Shown in pieces: positions 1 to 13,210 of a DNA stretch of 64,000 nt. How positions within the stretch are numbered: position 1 is the stretch's first letter; each line of letters opens with the position of its first letter. The DNA comes from Lama glama. Lineage: Eukaryota. The notes under the pieces are model-generated. The model did no database searches. It saw nothing but the letters and a program-made list of their open reading frames with translations, and was not told where the DNA came from. The translations under genes and the position numbers were made by a program. Location: assembly GCA_028534125.1 (NCBI GenBank), contig CM052816.1, forward strand, positions 20,214,001 to 20,278,000. Direction: 5' to 3'.

Positions 1-1319
1 TTGGCCTCCATATGGTGAGCATCCTGCTAGCCCGGGGCCAGTCTGCATAGAGTCTGTAGGTTGTGGTCTTTTGGGTCAGACAGAAGTCCTCTGGGCTTTC
101 CTCCGGGCCTTGTGTGTGCATCCTACACCTGCTCCATGCCCAGGCCTGGCCTCGCTGTTTTGCAGCCAGCTCACTCCTCCTTAGCACTTCCAGCAGCTCC
201 TGCCTGTGGGACTGTTTGGAGTTGCTGTGGCTGTGTCTTGCCTCTTGGCCCCCTTGCCTGCCTTGAGAGCAGGGTTCCTAGCCTGTTGCCTGGCTGCACT
301 TGGCTGGTCCATCCTTGGAGGCGTGGTAGCACACGGAACCCGGAGCAGGCCGCCTGAGGTCGGGATGTTTCCCCACGCAGGCATGGCTGCTCAAATCTGG
401 GAACTCAGGGCTGGGTGGCCTTTCTCTCTGTCAAGTTTAGGATTCAAATTTAGCTTCTGAATCCAGGAAGCCTGCCTTTGGGGCTTGGCATGTGGGAGAA
501 TGCAGAGGGTCAGGGCGTCCAGGACTTAGCCGGAGACCTCACCAGCTTTCCTCTTCCCCACTTGCCTGAATCTAAGAGTATCAGCCAACTTTCAGTGAGG
601 CTTACTGTGTGCAGAATGCCTTACGCACAGCAGCTAACTCCATCCTCACGGCTCTTTCCCAGGTTACGGCTGGGACAGAGAGGCCAGGCCACAGGTCCTG
701 GCAGGTGCTGCATCTGGTGCTCCCGTTTCTCTTTTTCTGTCCAGAAGAGTCACAAGCTGCTCTGAGCCTTGAGAGGACTGCTTCAGACACGTTTCCCTTT
801 AAGGCTGATCACTGCTTTTGGTAAGTCTACAGCACCCAAGGTGGGGCCACGGTGGGATCCAGTTCTCCAGATGGAGGTCCCTTCAAAGAAAAAGTCAAAG
901 TACCTTAATTGCTTGACTTTTCGAAGCAGTTTCATCTTTGGCATATTCACTTCTGCTGCCTTAGAGGCTATTGCTGCTCCTCTTTATAGGCGAGGGATCT
1001 GATCCCCAGGGAGCAGACAGGGCCCTGTAGTGGGACTGGCTTTCCCGAGGGCAGGTGCTTCTCCCACTAGGCCCTTCTGCCTCCTATTGTGGTCAGATGT
1101 ACATGAGCCCTGAGAGGCTCAACTTGGAGCTCAGGTGTGCCTGCCTGTGGAAAGTTCTGGCCAGGCCCAAGCTCACTTAGGCTTCTATTCCTTTTATGCA
1201 TGGTGGTTGTCTGTCCCTTTCTGCGCTCCTGATCCTTAAACTGCATTTCTATACCTAGCTCTGTAGCTTGCTGAGCTGGGAGAGGAGGCCAGGTAGTATC
1301 GGTCATGGCCACTTGGGGT

Positions 1320-1736
1320 ATCTATCAAGGCAAGACAGAACATTCTTGATATTTCAGTGGCTTAGACCAATAATGTTATTAAAGTTTATTTCTCACTCAC
1401 ACTTAGTCCATTTGGGGTGACCCTGATCAGGCAACTGATGCAGCGATTGAGGGACTCAGGCCCCTCCATGTCATGACTGCTGACTTCAAGGACCCACGGC
1501 CACTTAGGGGTGGTCTCCACTGGCCAGAATGGAAAGCAGCAGGTGACTCTCCAGGGGCGGGGGTTTGTATGGGCTAGGTTTGCAAGGAGCACGCATCACT
1601 TGTGCCCACATTCCACAGGTCAGGACTCAGGCACATGGCCACATCTAACCACAGGGGCAGCTGGGACATGCCATCTAGCTGAAGGCCCAGGAGGAGGGGG
1701 AAACAAGTTTGGGGGAGCATGTAGTGCTCTGCCATA
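1320..1736 (-). mobile_element. Old MaLR solo LTR (MLT1J/K-like)
   Basis: Antisense MLT1 motifs: atttcagtggctta..tttatttctcactcaca, catcacttgtgcccacattcca, cacatggccacatctaac, and end tagtgctctgccata. Confidence 0.7.
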
Positions 1737-3054
1737 AGGCCTGGCATGGCCATGCGGGGGCCAGCTACAGTCTCAGAATGCTGGCATGTCTCCCTGCTGC
1801 TCCCTGGGCATCTCTCAGGCCAGGTGAGCTCCTTGCTGAAGGCCCAGGTGCCTCTGTTATCAGGGGCCCTGAGTAGTGTAGGCCAGGCTAGGACTGGGCT
1901 CTGGCCCTGACAGATATACAGGTGACCATGGGTGAGGCCTCGCACCTCTCCTGGCTCCAATACCTGATGAGCCCAGCCTGCCTCTCAGAGCTGTCAGAGG
2001 AACAACTGAAGGCACTCAGAGAAGATAAAGTGCTATTAGGAGGAGGAGGCAGAAGGAAAAGGAGGCTGATCACAGCTGGGCATGTTCCACAAAAGGCTGT
2101 AGACAGCCAGCCCTGAGGATGCTCACGTACCCAGTGTGCATGATTCATTAGGCATTGCCCTGCCTTCCACAGCCAGGCCATCCACCTTGACCCTTTGTAT
2201 AATCACTGTGCACTGTATACCCATCCTCCCTGGGGATCTTAACGCATTCGTGGCATTTGATCCCGCCTTCAGTTAAAAATTAGGCTCATAAATTGAGGCC
2301 ATGCCCTAGGGGACAGCAGTGTTATAAGCTCATCACCTGATGATGTTCAAACCTAGTTATAAAAATATACAGCACCTCCACACCAGGGAGCAACTGACCT
2401 ACTTTATAGCTCATGGACTGGCACTCAGTTGGCAGGGGGAAAGTCCAGGCCCTTGTTCTGTCTTTAAATTCCTGATAACCCATGTTCTCTGGCTGATTGC
2501 TCTTCTTAGAGCCGGAAGCCCTTAACCAGTGTGTTTTTCTTGGGCTAAAACTGCAACATACTCGGCTCCAAGGACACGCAGCAAGGTGCTCTGGAGCGCA
2601 GGTTCTCTGGGCTCCTGACTGGGAGAATTTCTGGGTTTCTTCTGGTTTCCCCCGTCAGGGTGGCGGTCCCTTAGAGCAAGGCCTTCCCAGGTGTTGATCT
2701 CCCCCTTCACTGTGCCTGGAGCCGAGGTCCCAGCAGGACGGGACCCTGTTGTCCTTGCTCTGAATACTCCTGCATCTGTGGTCAGCTCTGTGACCTCCCA
2801 CCTCGGAGCCTCCCCTGGGTCCTGAGGACACAGAGGACCACCCACTTACTCTTTGCTCAGTCTTCAACATGTGTTTCCTGAGGGTGTTCAGTGAACCAGG
2901 CCTGGCAGGCAGCAGGGCACGCAGATGAGAAACCTCCTGTGTGGAGGTCAGCCTCCTGGAGCAGGTGGACATTTGCCCATTAATTTCTTGAGTGTATCTA
3001 TCTATCTGTATACATCTGCATGTTTACATATCTGTCCATCTGTCTATATACACA

Positions 3055-3230
3055 AAAACTGACAACAGTGGTAAATGCCAGGAAAGGGGGCACCTCTATT
3101 GTGTAGTGCTGGGAGGGCTACAGCGTGAACATTTGATCTAGTCATTGAAGTCAGGGAAGACTTCCTGGAGGAAGTGACAATGTTGCTGAGATGGAAGATT
3201 TGAAGATGAGGAGGAGTAAGCTGGGTTTAG
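3055..3230 (-). mobile_element. L2 LINE fragment
   Basis: gtcagggaagacttcctggaggaagtgaca is a typical antisense L2 3' region motif. Confidence 0.65.
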
Positions 3231-4519
3231 GAAGTGGATGTAGAATCAGAATGTGGGCTATGGAGCAAAGTGTGGGGGGTCAGCTGAGGAAGACCCTACC
3301 CCCGGGGCCACCTAGCCATAGCTGTATTCAGCTCCCGCCGAGTTTGCAAGGGCCAGTGGACAGGGCCCTGTCTCCTGATCCTCCTCCTTTAATACCTGTG
3401 CCTCCAGCAGGCACTCACCATGGGTGTGCAGCAGGTCCTTGCTGGGCATAATTCAAGAACAATTTATTTTTCTATTAACCTTCTTAAGTCCTCAAGGTTT
3501 ACGTAGCTTCTTTGAGGTAGATCATAATGTAGCTCAGAATCACCAGTCTGGTTGACAGTGGTGGGAAGCAATTGCCCACATTTTTCTCTGCCCCTCCCCA
3601 TGAATTTTAACTAAATTAGAAATAATTCATTTTTTAAGGGAGCACATTTGTTTTCTTGCAAAAAAAATCTGAGACAATGTGAGTGGGGGTTCCATCATAT
3701 TTGACGTATATAGAGGTTGGGCCTGAGAATGGAGGTTGCTCCTTGCTGCCTCCTGGTTGATGTCGACTTCGTACACAGCAGTGTGTGGTCAGCTGACCCT
3801 GCTATCCAGGCTGTGGGTGACCAGCATGGCCGCTGTGACTGGGTCTGGCCTGACAAGCCTCTAGGAGGAGGTCAGAGGCTCAAAGGTGCCTCTGGAAGAA
3901 GCCTTGGGGGGGTGGTCCTGTGCACGTGAGTAGGTGACAGCCATAAGGTGAAGTTGCTCAAGGCAGCACACAGGACCCATGGGTCCCTCTGGAAAGCCAG
4001 CTGTCAGACCTGGAGGATGTGAGGTCCTGACCCTGCATAAATGCCTGTCAGCGATGGTGCCTCTTCTCCCCCGACATCTCACCAATGTGCTCTTGTCTAT
4101 TCCGTGGTAGCCTGGAAGGGCCTCGCTGGTGGCGCAGGCTCTACAGGTGCTGACGGCCTCCTTACCCTGGAGCTGGCCCCACCACCTCTCTAGCCATTTC
4201 CAAGGCCGCTCCCAGCCCCGTTTGGGGAAGCACCCAGCCTGTCACACTTCTTGGGGTGTTGGAGAGCTTCTCACATTCTCCCAGTCCAGCACTCCATGGA
4301 AGACCTAGGAGCGGTCTCCAGATCTCTAAGGCCAGAACCTGGCATTAGGGGTGTGGCTAGAGAGTTGGTAGCACTGGTAGTACCGTGACCCTTGGGACAG
4401 GTAAAGTGTAATTAGGTAAAGGAATGAACTGGACAATACTACATTGCTACATTTATACCTACCAGAGAGCTTCCCAACTAGGCTCTCAATGATTTCCCTC
4501 TAAAATGGTCCTCTTTGTC

Positions 4520-4605
4520 ACAGGATACTATGACATGTAGCTATTACTAATTCCATTTGCCAAAAGAGGAAACTCAGGCCAGAGAGGCTGCTTGACTTGC
4601 TCGTT
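4520..4605 (-). mobile_element. MIR SINE fragment
   Basis: Antisense MIR core: ccatttgccaaaagaggaaactcaggccagagagg..tgacttgc. Confidence 0.65.
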
Positions 4606-5859
4606 TTCGGGTCAGTTCACGCAGAGCCGTAAAGCCTGAACATACAATGCACTCCTGTCCCAGCTCTTGGGTGCTTGTCTGGAAAAACCAGACTTAACAT
4701 GCCAATAGGGAGGTGCTTTCTCCTCTCCCGTCCTCTGCCCTCATCATCAAAGTCTCAGAGAGGCAGGCTGGTGGTGCTACCCTTTCCAACAGAATGGCTT
4801 TAAGTTCTCAGTTGACAAGTGGATATGACTTTGGGGTTTTGTGTGTTGCAAAGTCACATGCTGACTTCCCGGGACAAGAGGATTGAATCTCACAGCAATG
4901 AATGTGGTAGTCTCCCAACCAGACACCTTCTAGCTCTGAGGACCAGGAGCCAGTGTTATGGCTTCCTGGCCTCTGTGAGGTCTGCTAGTTCATGACCTGG
5001 GCAGGGCTGAGGGATTAGAGGGGCAGACAGTGGTCCTGGCCAGATGCGGAAGGCAAGCCTTGGGGACACCTGAAGAGAGAAGCAAGGCCCCATGCAGTTG
5101 AAGCAGACCCATCCTCAAAGAGGAAGCACAGGTGTATCCTGGCACTGACCCCTGGCCCTCTTCGCCGGCCTGGCCTTATGCTGCCTGTCCTGGAAGGGCC
5201 CCGGGGACTGCGACTCTCCCATCCATATGCTCAGAGCCGTCCATGCTCCCGCTTTCCAGCGTGCCCTGCCCAATGCATTATTAATGAGGCAGCCTTCATT
5301 TCCAGTTTTTGGGTAGCTCATTTGTTCCTACAATCATGATTTCAAATATCACATGAATAATTCAGAAAATTATTTTACTGTAGTTAGATCAGCCTGTTAG
5401 CTGTCACACATCTGAATAAATTAGCTTCTCCATCCCACAGGGCCTGGAGAGAAGGTGTTGGCCGGGCAGCAGTGGAACGGGGTGGGGAGAGGGTGTCTAG
5501 CCTAGGCCAACCTAGTGCTCAGAACTTGGCTTCAAGAGGCCAAGTGTGTTTCGGGGCTGAGGAAATCAAGGAGGAGCTTGGCTGCTGCTGAGTGGGTTGG
5601 TCGTAAATGATGGTCTCTCCTGCCCAGATCTGGACTGGTGTACAGGGATGCTCAGCAAGCTGAGCATGGTGGTGCAGCTGAGACCTATCAACTCTGAAAT
5701 GCAGACCAGGGTCCACACCCCACATGTGAAGCAGGGGACTCTGCCACGCAACAGTCAGACACAGGCACCTTTAGGAAGGTGGAGCTCAGGTAGAAATTCA
5801 TCAGCTTGTTAATTTTGGTGGTGGTGGTGGGGTGGCTTGGCTGTATCCCTTACCAACTG

Positions 5860-6010
5860 GGTTATATTTGGGAATTTGCTTTCCCTCTCTGAGCCTCGGC
5901 TTCTTCATCTGTAAATTGGGTCCAGTATTCCTTAGATGCCTCACCCCACTGGGTTTTTGTGAGAGATGAAAATGAAGTAATGGACATGCAAAATCTTGCC
6001 AACTGCAGAG
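5860..6010 (+). mobile_element. MIR SINE fragment
   Basis: MIR core: ctctctgagcctcggcttcttcatctgtaaattggg. Confidence 0.75.
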
Positions 6011-6794
6011 TCCCACGGGAATATTCAGTTTCCTCTGTGCCTACCTCCTTCAGGACAAGCCTTGTCTGCATCCCTTTTAAGTAAAGACCCAAGAAAAGGC
6101 AATTCTAGCCCTCTCTCCCACACCCATTTTAGTATTTGAGAACTTACTCAGTTCCCTGTTTGTGCAGCAGTAACTGGCCATGTGCCAGGACCTGCCTCTG
6201 GCCTGTGTCCTTATACCCCTGGTGTCTCATTCCCAGAAACAACTCTGGTTAGGGCCGGTGGTCACCTGTGCCAGTGGCAGCAAAGCCTCTGGCCCTGGGG
6301 ATGGAGCTGGCCCTGGTGGAACCGTCTGTCTGTGAAGCTCTGCTGGTGAAGGCAGAAGAGGAAGGTGCCCATAGGACCCATCGGGGAGCAACCTGAGCAC
6401 TGGGGACCAGGGACCACTTCCCCTCATGCCTGGCACAGCGGGGGCAATGGCACATGCTCAGCAGATGCCAGCTGAAAGAATGACCAAGTTCCTCAGTCCT
6501 ACTTGGATAAAGTTGGCTGGGTCCCCACAAGGGTCCCAACTGGAGCTCAGCTTGAAGGGGAGCGTGGGGAACTGCCAGGTGGGGCCTGCAGAGGTGGGAG
6601 TGAGGTCCACAGCTGGGGTGTCCAGGGCCGTGGGTGGAGGTGAAGTTGAGGTTTGGGGCTCCCTCCGGGAAGGGGAGGAAGGAGGCTGCAGGAGAGCAGC
6701 TGAGAAGGGCTGGAGAGAGAGCCAGAGGCCAGGGCTGCAGGGACCACGCTGAGTGCTGGAGAGTGAGGGCAGGGGTCACAGTCAAGGGCAACAT

Positions 6795-7005
6795 GGCCTG
6801 GAGGTTAATGATGCAGGCTCTTGGTTCAGATCTAGGGTCAGTCCTGGTGCCACCACTGGACAAGAGCTGTGACCTTTCCAGATTTTGGCTTTCTCATCTG
6901 TGAAGTGGAGATGATAAACACACTCTTCTCTGGGTACCGTGGTGTGGGTTCCATGAGATAATACTTTGAAAGCTGTCAGCATGGTACTGGGAGGGCTCAA
7001 TACAC
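6795..7005 (+). mobile_element. MIR SINE
   Basis: tRNA-like head, core ttctcatctgtgaagtggagatgataa, 3' tail atgagataatactttgaaagc..gctcaata. Confidence 0.7.
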
Positions 7006-8764
7006 ACGAACTCCCACCACTGCCCTCATCCATGTACCCGTTATTATGATCCTCACTGGTTTCCAGACACTTCTCAGTTGCCCCAAACTGCAGAGCTTTC
7101 CTTGGAGTCCTGACCAGGCAGGCATGAGGTGCAAAGGGAGGAGATACATGTGCTGCTGGCCCCTCTCACGGCTCCTCTGAGGCTACGGTGAGCATCTTTC
7201 TAGCACTGCCCATTACACACTGCTTGGGAGTCCAGAACCTCCTCATTGGTTTCATCCTTTGCCTTGGCCACTTTCTCTGGGTCAGACCCTTAGGCCCGAC
7301 TTAGATGCCCATGGTGGAAGTGGGAGAGACTCTGCATCCTTTTGAACACTTGGTTAATTTAGTTGGGAGGTTGTCCATCAATGTGCCCAGTTCTGGCCAA
7401 GCTGGGGCTTGTGGAGGATGTCCTGGGGGATCCTCTCTTTTCGGGAACTCTGGGACAAAGTGGGAAGACCAGACCTGCCCAGGGAGGAGGGGTCAGAGCG
7501 CTAGGTGAGGGAGGAGTCTGTGAGGCTGTGCAGAAAAAGAGGTGGCGGGGCTGATTCTGAATGCAAGCCAGACTGCTGAGCAAGCCATTTGTCAGGATCC
7601 TGGCGACAGGTGTTTAAAAGGAAAAATATTTGCATGAGTATGTTTTTCAAAATGATTAATATTCAAATTAGTATTGGAGATTCAAATTGCTAAAGTGTAA
7701 CTAGGCAGAAAACTCCTCTGACAGCTTGTAATTTTTGGTCCATTCCACAGTTCTCAACACCTCCCTCCCCCACCTCCCGCCTAGTTTTCAGAAGTATCTC
7801 TGTGCTTCTGCAGGCTTGTCCCGAAAGGACAGCAGCTCCATGGGAATTCAATTCCTGCTTCTTACCATGCTGCGAGCACCTGACCTTCCAGGCCAAACGA
7901 GCAGCTTCCCTGTGACCAGCCAGAGTGTTTGAGGTGCCCACCTCCTGACATGCTCCCCTCTCCCCGCTCAGGCATCGTCCTGCACACATCACACTGCAGA
8001 GGTGCTTCTTAAGGTACAACTGTAAACATTCTATACCACCTCACCCCCCCTGCTCTGGCCCTGTGAGTGTCACCCATTGTTTGCAGAACAATGTCTGATT
8101 CATTTTCCTGGAAATCATCATCAGGACCCAAACCAGCTTTACAAACCCCTGACCTCTGCTTCCCCCTGCTTCAGCCACGTGAGCCCCCACCCTCCTGCTG
8201 CCCTGGGCATGAATGCGTTTCCCACTCCATGCTGCTGCTCTGCTGTGGACTCAGTGGAGTGTTTCACTGCATTTAAGGTATCTTATTTCAGAGTTCTTTA
8301 GGGCCCACTTCCACTTAACCAGATCCAGTCCCACTTTACAGTTTAGAAAAATGAGACTGGAGGAAGGTGGTGACAATAGTTACTTTTATTTCTCAGGTTT
8401 AGCATAGCCTTTAAATGTGCTTTCCAGTTTAGAGACTCTTCTTAATTCTGTAAAATACACATGGAAGAACTAAGCTCACTGCAGCATTGATCTCATAACC
8501 TTTAACAGATCTTAGGTTCTACCTATAAGAGCTTCGTCTGAGGATGCTTCACTGAGCATATGCCCCATGAACCAGCCTCTGGCAGACTGGTTCTACCATG
8601 TTCCACCCACTTGTAGTCACCTATATCCTTATTCTTGGCTGTCTTCCCTCTTAGGTACCAAGTGTTCTCTGAGGACAGGTGTAGTGTCTTATGAGTCTCC
8701 ATGTCCCAGCACTTAGCATCCATCCACCTATCTATCCATCCACCCATCCTCCCTTCGTATATTA

Positions 8765-9005
8765 ATCTAATCAATATTATTGAGTACTTAGAGACTTTTA
8801 AGCCTTTTTCTAAGTGCTAGGAACAAAGCAGCTAACAAGCCAAATCCATTTCCTGCCTCTAAAAGCCCCTTGTCTAGTGGCCAAGGCAGAAAGGCCAGAA
8901 AACAATTATCACACAGGGTGGTTAGGGGCTGTGGGAGCCAGAGGAGGCACAGACCCAGGGAGAGTGAAGTGAATGGAGGGGAGGGGTCAGAGGAGCCTTC
9001 CAGAG
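8765..9005 (-). mobile_element. L2 LINE 3' end
   Basis: caatattattgagtactta..ttctaagtgctaggaacaaagcagctaacaag..cctgcctc..tctagtgg. Confidence 0.65.
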
Positions 9006-9034
9006 TCAGCAATATTTTGGCCAGGAGACCTAGT

Positions 9035-9252
9035 GCTTGAGAGCAGGGGTCTTTGGGGTCAGGTGGCCCTGGGTTTAAGTCCCAATTCTGCAAGCTGAGG
9101 GACTGTGGATGAGTGAGTTTACCTATCGGAGCCTCAGTCTTCTCATCTCTGAGATGGAGCTAACAATGTCTGTCTTTGGTTATGGTGAGGAGTTAATGGA
9201 ATAATAGATGTAAAGTACTTAGCATAGTGCCTGGCACCTGGTATATGCTCAG
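9035..9252 (+). mobile_element. MIR SINE (near full length)
   Basis: ctgggtttaagtcccaattctgc; gagcctcagtcttctcatctctgagatggag; tgtaaagtacttagcatagtgcctggcac. Confidence 0.8.
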
Positions 9253-10399
9253 GTCTCTAGCTAATAAGCTGAGACCTGTAGGCTGAGTAAGAAATAGCCC
9301 AAGACAGAGTGTTCTAAGCAGTGGGATTGGCATAAGTGGGATCCAGAGGCAGAGAACCCATGAAGGTGCCCTCTCTGGTGGGCATCTTCATCCTCTCTCC
9401 TGCCTCTGGGAGTAGGGTGAGGGCTGGTGATGAGGAGGGAGAGGGGTCCAGCCAGATGGAGTAAGTGCACTGGTGGCCATGGTACCTGGTTGGGGCAGAG
9501 GGGGTAAGGTCTCTGGAGGGAAAGGCCTGGATCAGACAGTAGGGGGGTGCCATCTCAGAGAGCTGGGGTGGGTGTTCTGAAGTGGTGGCTTAGCCTCTTG
9601 GGTGTCATTGGAGATAGGTAGGGAGCCAGGACCAGACCACATTCTCATCTGTCTGGCACTGAGAGGGAGGTCCTCAGACCTCTATTGTTGGCTTGGAGGA
9701 GCATCTACCCTTTCACAGATGTGACCAGGATGAAAGCATCCAAATCCTCTTGCTCTTCAGCCTCCTCCTGAATCAATTCCTGACTAGAGGACTCAGCCTT
9801 TGTCTGGTGAGCCCCACAGGAAACTTTCCACTGGGCAATGCCAGAGAGCCACAAGTTGGAAGCAGAAAGACTGATGTAAGAAGGAGGAGGGGCAGAAGAG
9901 ATCAGGGGGCTTGCAGGGTCTGGGTGGGAGAGTTTTTAGGGGTGGGTACAGCTGCAGGTGGGTGGGATGCTAACAGAGTGAAAGGTGGAGAAAGAAGATT
10001 TTAAGAACTTGTGCCATGCTTTATGAAGAATTCTCCCTTTAGCTTGCTTTGCAGTTATATTTAATTTTTGGCCTAGTACTTTGTTAAAAGCAAATTTATA
10101 CCCAGATAGCCCATGAGGTGGGCCAACTCTGCATGGCTTATATGCTAGGGCACCCAGGCTGAGAGGTTGGGCACATCCATGGTCACGCAGGTGTTGAGCC
10201 AATGATCACACCTGTGCATCCCAAATAGGGCCATTTCCTCTAGAGCATGCTGGACGGTGGGTGAAATTCCACTTACCATATTCCCAGCCATAGCCCAAGA
10301 AGTTTAGAAATAAATTAAAAGAAATTTGGGGGTGTACCACTGTAGGGACACTTAAAAATTGCCTGAAAAGATGCCTAAGTCAATAAGAAAATCCAGAAC

Positions 10400-10835
10400 A
10401 AAAATCAGAATAATTTTTTAAAAAGTACAAATTATCAGAACATTTGGGATGTTGCCAAAACAATACATTTAGAAAAATTGTATTATTTTAAATCCCTATG
10501 TCTCCAGCAAAGATTAAAAAAAAAACAAAAAACCATATGCACAGTGGACTGAGTCCCTACATTAAAGGTTTTAGACATGTAAGAAAGAGGCTAAGAAAAT
10601 TAGGAAAGCAAGCAATAATAAAGCTGAATAAACAAGACAGAAGAAAATGAGTATTGATGGCCAAAACCAATCATTAGGTCTTTGAAAAAAATCCACAAAG
10701 CCATTAGTCCAGCTGATCAAAGAAAGAACAAATATATAAACAAATAGAACCAGAAATGAAACATGAGATGCAAAAAATACTACAAAAGAGATTTGTAAGA
10801 TCCAGGGAGGATATTGATTTCAATTATGTGAACAG
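10400..10835 (+). mobile_element. Decayed old L1 (L1M) ORF2 fragment
   Basis: A-rich tract with L1 ORF2-like motifs (atcagaacatttgggatgttgccaaaaca; ggtctttgaaaaaaatccacaaagccattagtccagctgatcaaagaaag); frame destroyed. Confidence 0.6.
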
Positions 10836-10940
10836 ATATGCAGATATGGACTTGTATCTGTAAGAAGTCCAAGATGTGGCACCGAATGCCACTAGCACAC
10901 TTGCAAAGACAGTGTATTCTCTTGCTTTGTCATTGAGTTC

Positions 10941-11392
10941 TGTTATGGGTTGCATTGTGTTCCCCCAAAAGAGATGTGAAAGTCCTAACCCCAGTGCCTA
11001 TGAATGTGACCTTATTTGGAGATGGAGACTTTGCAGATACAATCAAGTAAAGATGAGGTCGTTAGGCAGCCCTAATTCACTCTGAATGATTGACTTTATA
11101 AGAAGAGGGGAAAATCTGGACACAGACACACAGGGAGAACACTGTATGATGACAGGGGCAGAGATGGGAGTGATGAATCTCCAAGCCAAGGGACGCCAAG
11201 GATTGACAGCCACTGCCAGAAGCCAGGAGGAGGCAAGGAAAGGTTTTATCTAGAGTCTCAGAGGAAGCACGACCCTGCTGATACCTTGCTTTACAACTTC
11301 TGGCTTCTAGAACTATTAGAGAATAAATTTCTGTTGTTTAAAGCCACTCAATTTGTGGTATTTGGCTACAGCAGCCCTAGGATCCTAACACA
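10941..11392 (+). mobile_element. MaLR solo LTR (MLT1B/C)
   Basis: TG..CA termini (tgttatgggttgcattgtgttccccc .. gcagccctaggatcctaacaca); internal AATAAA; 5-bp TSD agttc/ggttc. Confidence 0.9.
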
Positions 11393-13069
11393 GGTTCCCT
11401 CTGCACATTAGCTGTTGGACAACATTTGTCAGGCTTCTTAGTCTATAATTTTCCTGCTAATTTCCTTGATCTGTCACTCAGAGTAGAATGTATAGTCTGG
11501 GGCATTTCTGTCCATCTTTCTTGCATTTGTTTTGTGGCCAAGGTGTTTGAGCCACATATTTGTGTTGGGATGTCATTGCTGATTGATTAAAAAAAAAGTT
11601 GTTCTGTTGTACCTTTGTCAGCTCACCTGCCTGTCATGTTAGTGGTGACACAGAGATGGAGCGCTCTGTCACTGCCAGTAAAGGGGGAGTGAGTGGTAGA
11701 TAAAACAGGAGGGAAAACCGTGAGGGCAGGAGACAAGGAGAGAAAAAGGAGGGCTTGGATTCTTAAGGATATTTGCTGCAACCTGAGGCTTAACACGTGG
11801 TGTTCCTGGTCCTGTTCCTGGAGCAGATGTGATTTGGGCTGAGGTGGCCTTAGTGCGGTGGTGGTCTCACGTTGCTCCCCCTGGCCTTCTCAAGCACCAA
11901 GTCCTTTCCTTTCTGACCCACTGTCTCTGCCCCTGGGGGCCCTAAAGTAGCTCAAGTTGTTCTTTATTCTCAACTCCTGAGTCAGCCGGATCTTCAAACC
12001 CTCCACTCTCATCGCATTGGGAATTCCCGGGGAAGTTGGGCTCCTCTGGAGCAAGGCACTTGATTTTCATCTTGGGAGGCAGTGCCTCATGTTCTGATGT
12101 CTTTCATGCTCCCCACTTTAAGAAGCTGTGGCATCTAGCATGAGAGAGAAGGCCCCAAATCTCAGCATCCTTAGAGCCCATCCAATTCTGCTGGCTCCCA
12201 GGACAGTTGAAGAAACTGCCCCTTTGTGACGGCCCACAGCGAGCTGGCTGCAGGTGGCCTGACTCGCAGGCCAGGGCTCCCTTAGGCCTCTGGTTGGGCC
12301 TCAGTACTGCTCTTACTGGTCACTCAATTCTCTTTACTCAAATGAGACGGCCAAGTCTGAAAGCAGCAGTTTCCTGGCTGGCCTGGCCTGAACTGGCCCT
12401 GGCCGCCGGTACAGAAGGGCCCTCTTCCAAGCACCAAGCACCGCACGCTCATGTCTCACTTTGATTTCCAGCTCCCGTCCAGCAATTAGAGTGAGGGCAT
12501 CCATCACCCCTACAGCTTCCACCCTGGAGCCTTCACAATTTAAGAGTCTCTGGTTGAAATATGCTCTATTAATAGAATCTGTGGGTCTAAGTCTTCACCT
12601 GAGCTTCTCTGGACTGGGACTTCTAACTTAGCCAAATATATTTATCTCAATTTTCATTGGCCATGAAGGGGTGGCCCTAAAAGCCCATAAACCAAGTGGC
12701 ATGGAAGAAGGGTGAGCAGCTTGGAAATAAATCATCAGCCCTGGTGACTCTGTGCTCTGACTCTGGCCCAAGGACTCAGAGTGACTCTCATGGCCCTGTC
12801 TTAGGAGCCAGACCTAGCCAGCTCACTGCAGAGGGTGGTGGGGGGCCCATGCTCCAGGTATGTTCTTGAAGGAGCACTGTGTGTGTGAGTGGACCCACAG
12901 TACCAGTAAATGTGGGCAAAGCAGTAGCCTCCACCATAGTATTGTCCCAGGGCCTGTGTGCCCACCGCCACCCACCTCCTGAGCAGCAGACTGCCAGCTT
13001 GGCCAGCATCTCCTTCCCAGCCCTGGGTTTGCCCCCAGTGGTGTATTCTGGGAAAGCAAAGAGTTTCCA

Positions 13070-13210
13070 TGCAGCATCTCACTCAAGACTCACAGCCACC
13101 TTATTATTATTCCCATTCCCAAGGTCTCAAACCAGAAAATGGCAGAACTGGGATTTGAACCCAGGAGTCTTTGACTCCCAAATCTGTGCTTTTACACATC
13201 CACTGTCTTC
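13070..13210 (-). mobile_element. MIR SINE fragment
   Basis: aaatggcagaactgggatttgaacccaggagtctttgactcccaaatctgtgc. Confidence 0.75.

Noticed and set aside
5648..5667. Inverted repeat ATGCTCAGC-AA-GCTGAGCAT
   Set aside because: 9-bp arms with a short spacer are expected about once by chance in a window this size
6249..6863. 204-aa minus-strand ORF
   Set aside because: Pro/Ser/Leu-rich low-information peptide from GC-rich DNA, begins inside a MIR, no family resemblance
7365..7470. Possible hAT-Blackjack (MER94-like) remnant
   Set aside because: Resemblance too weak and terminal inverted repeats not demonstrable
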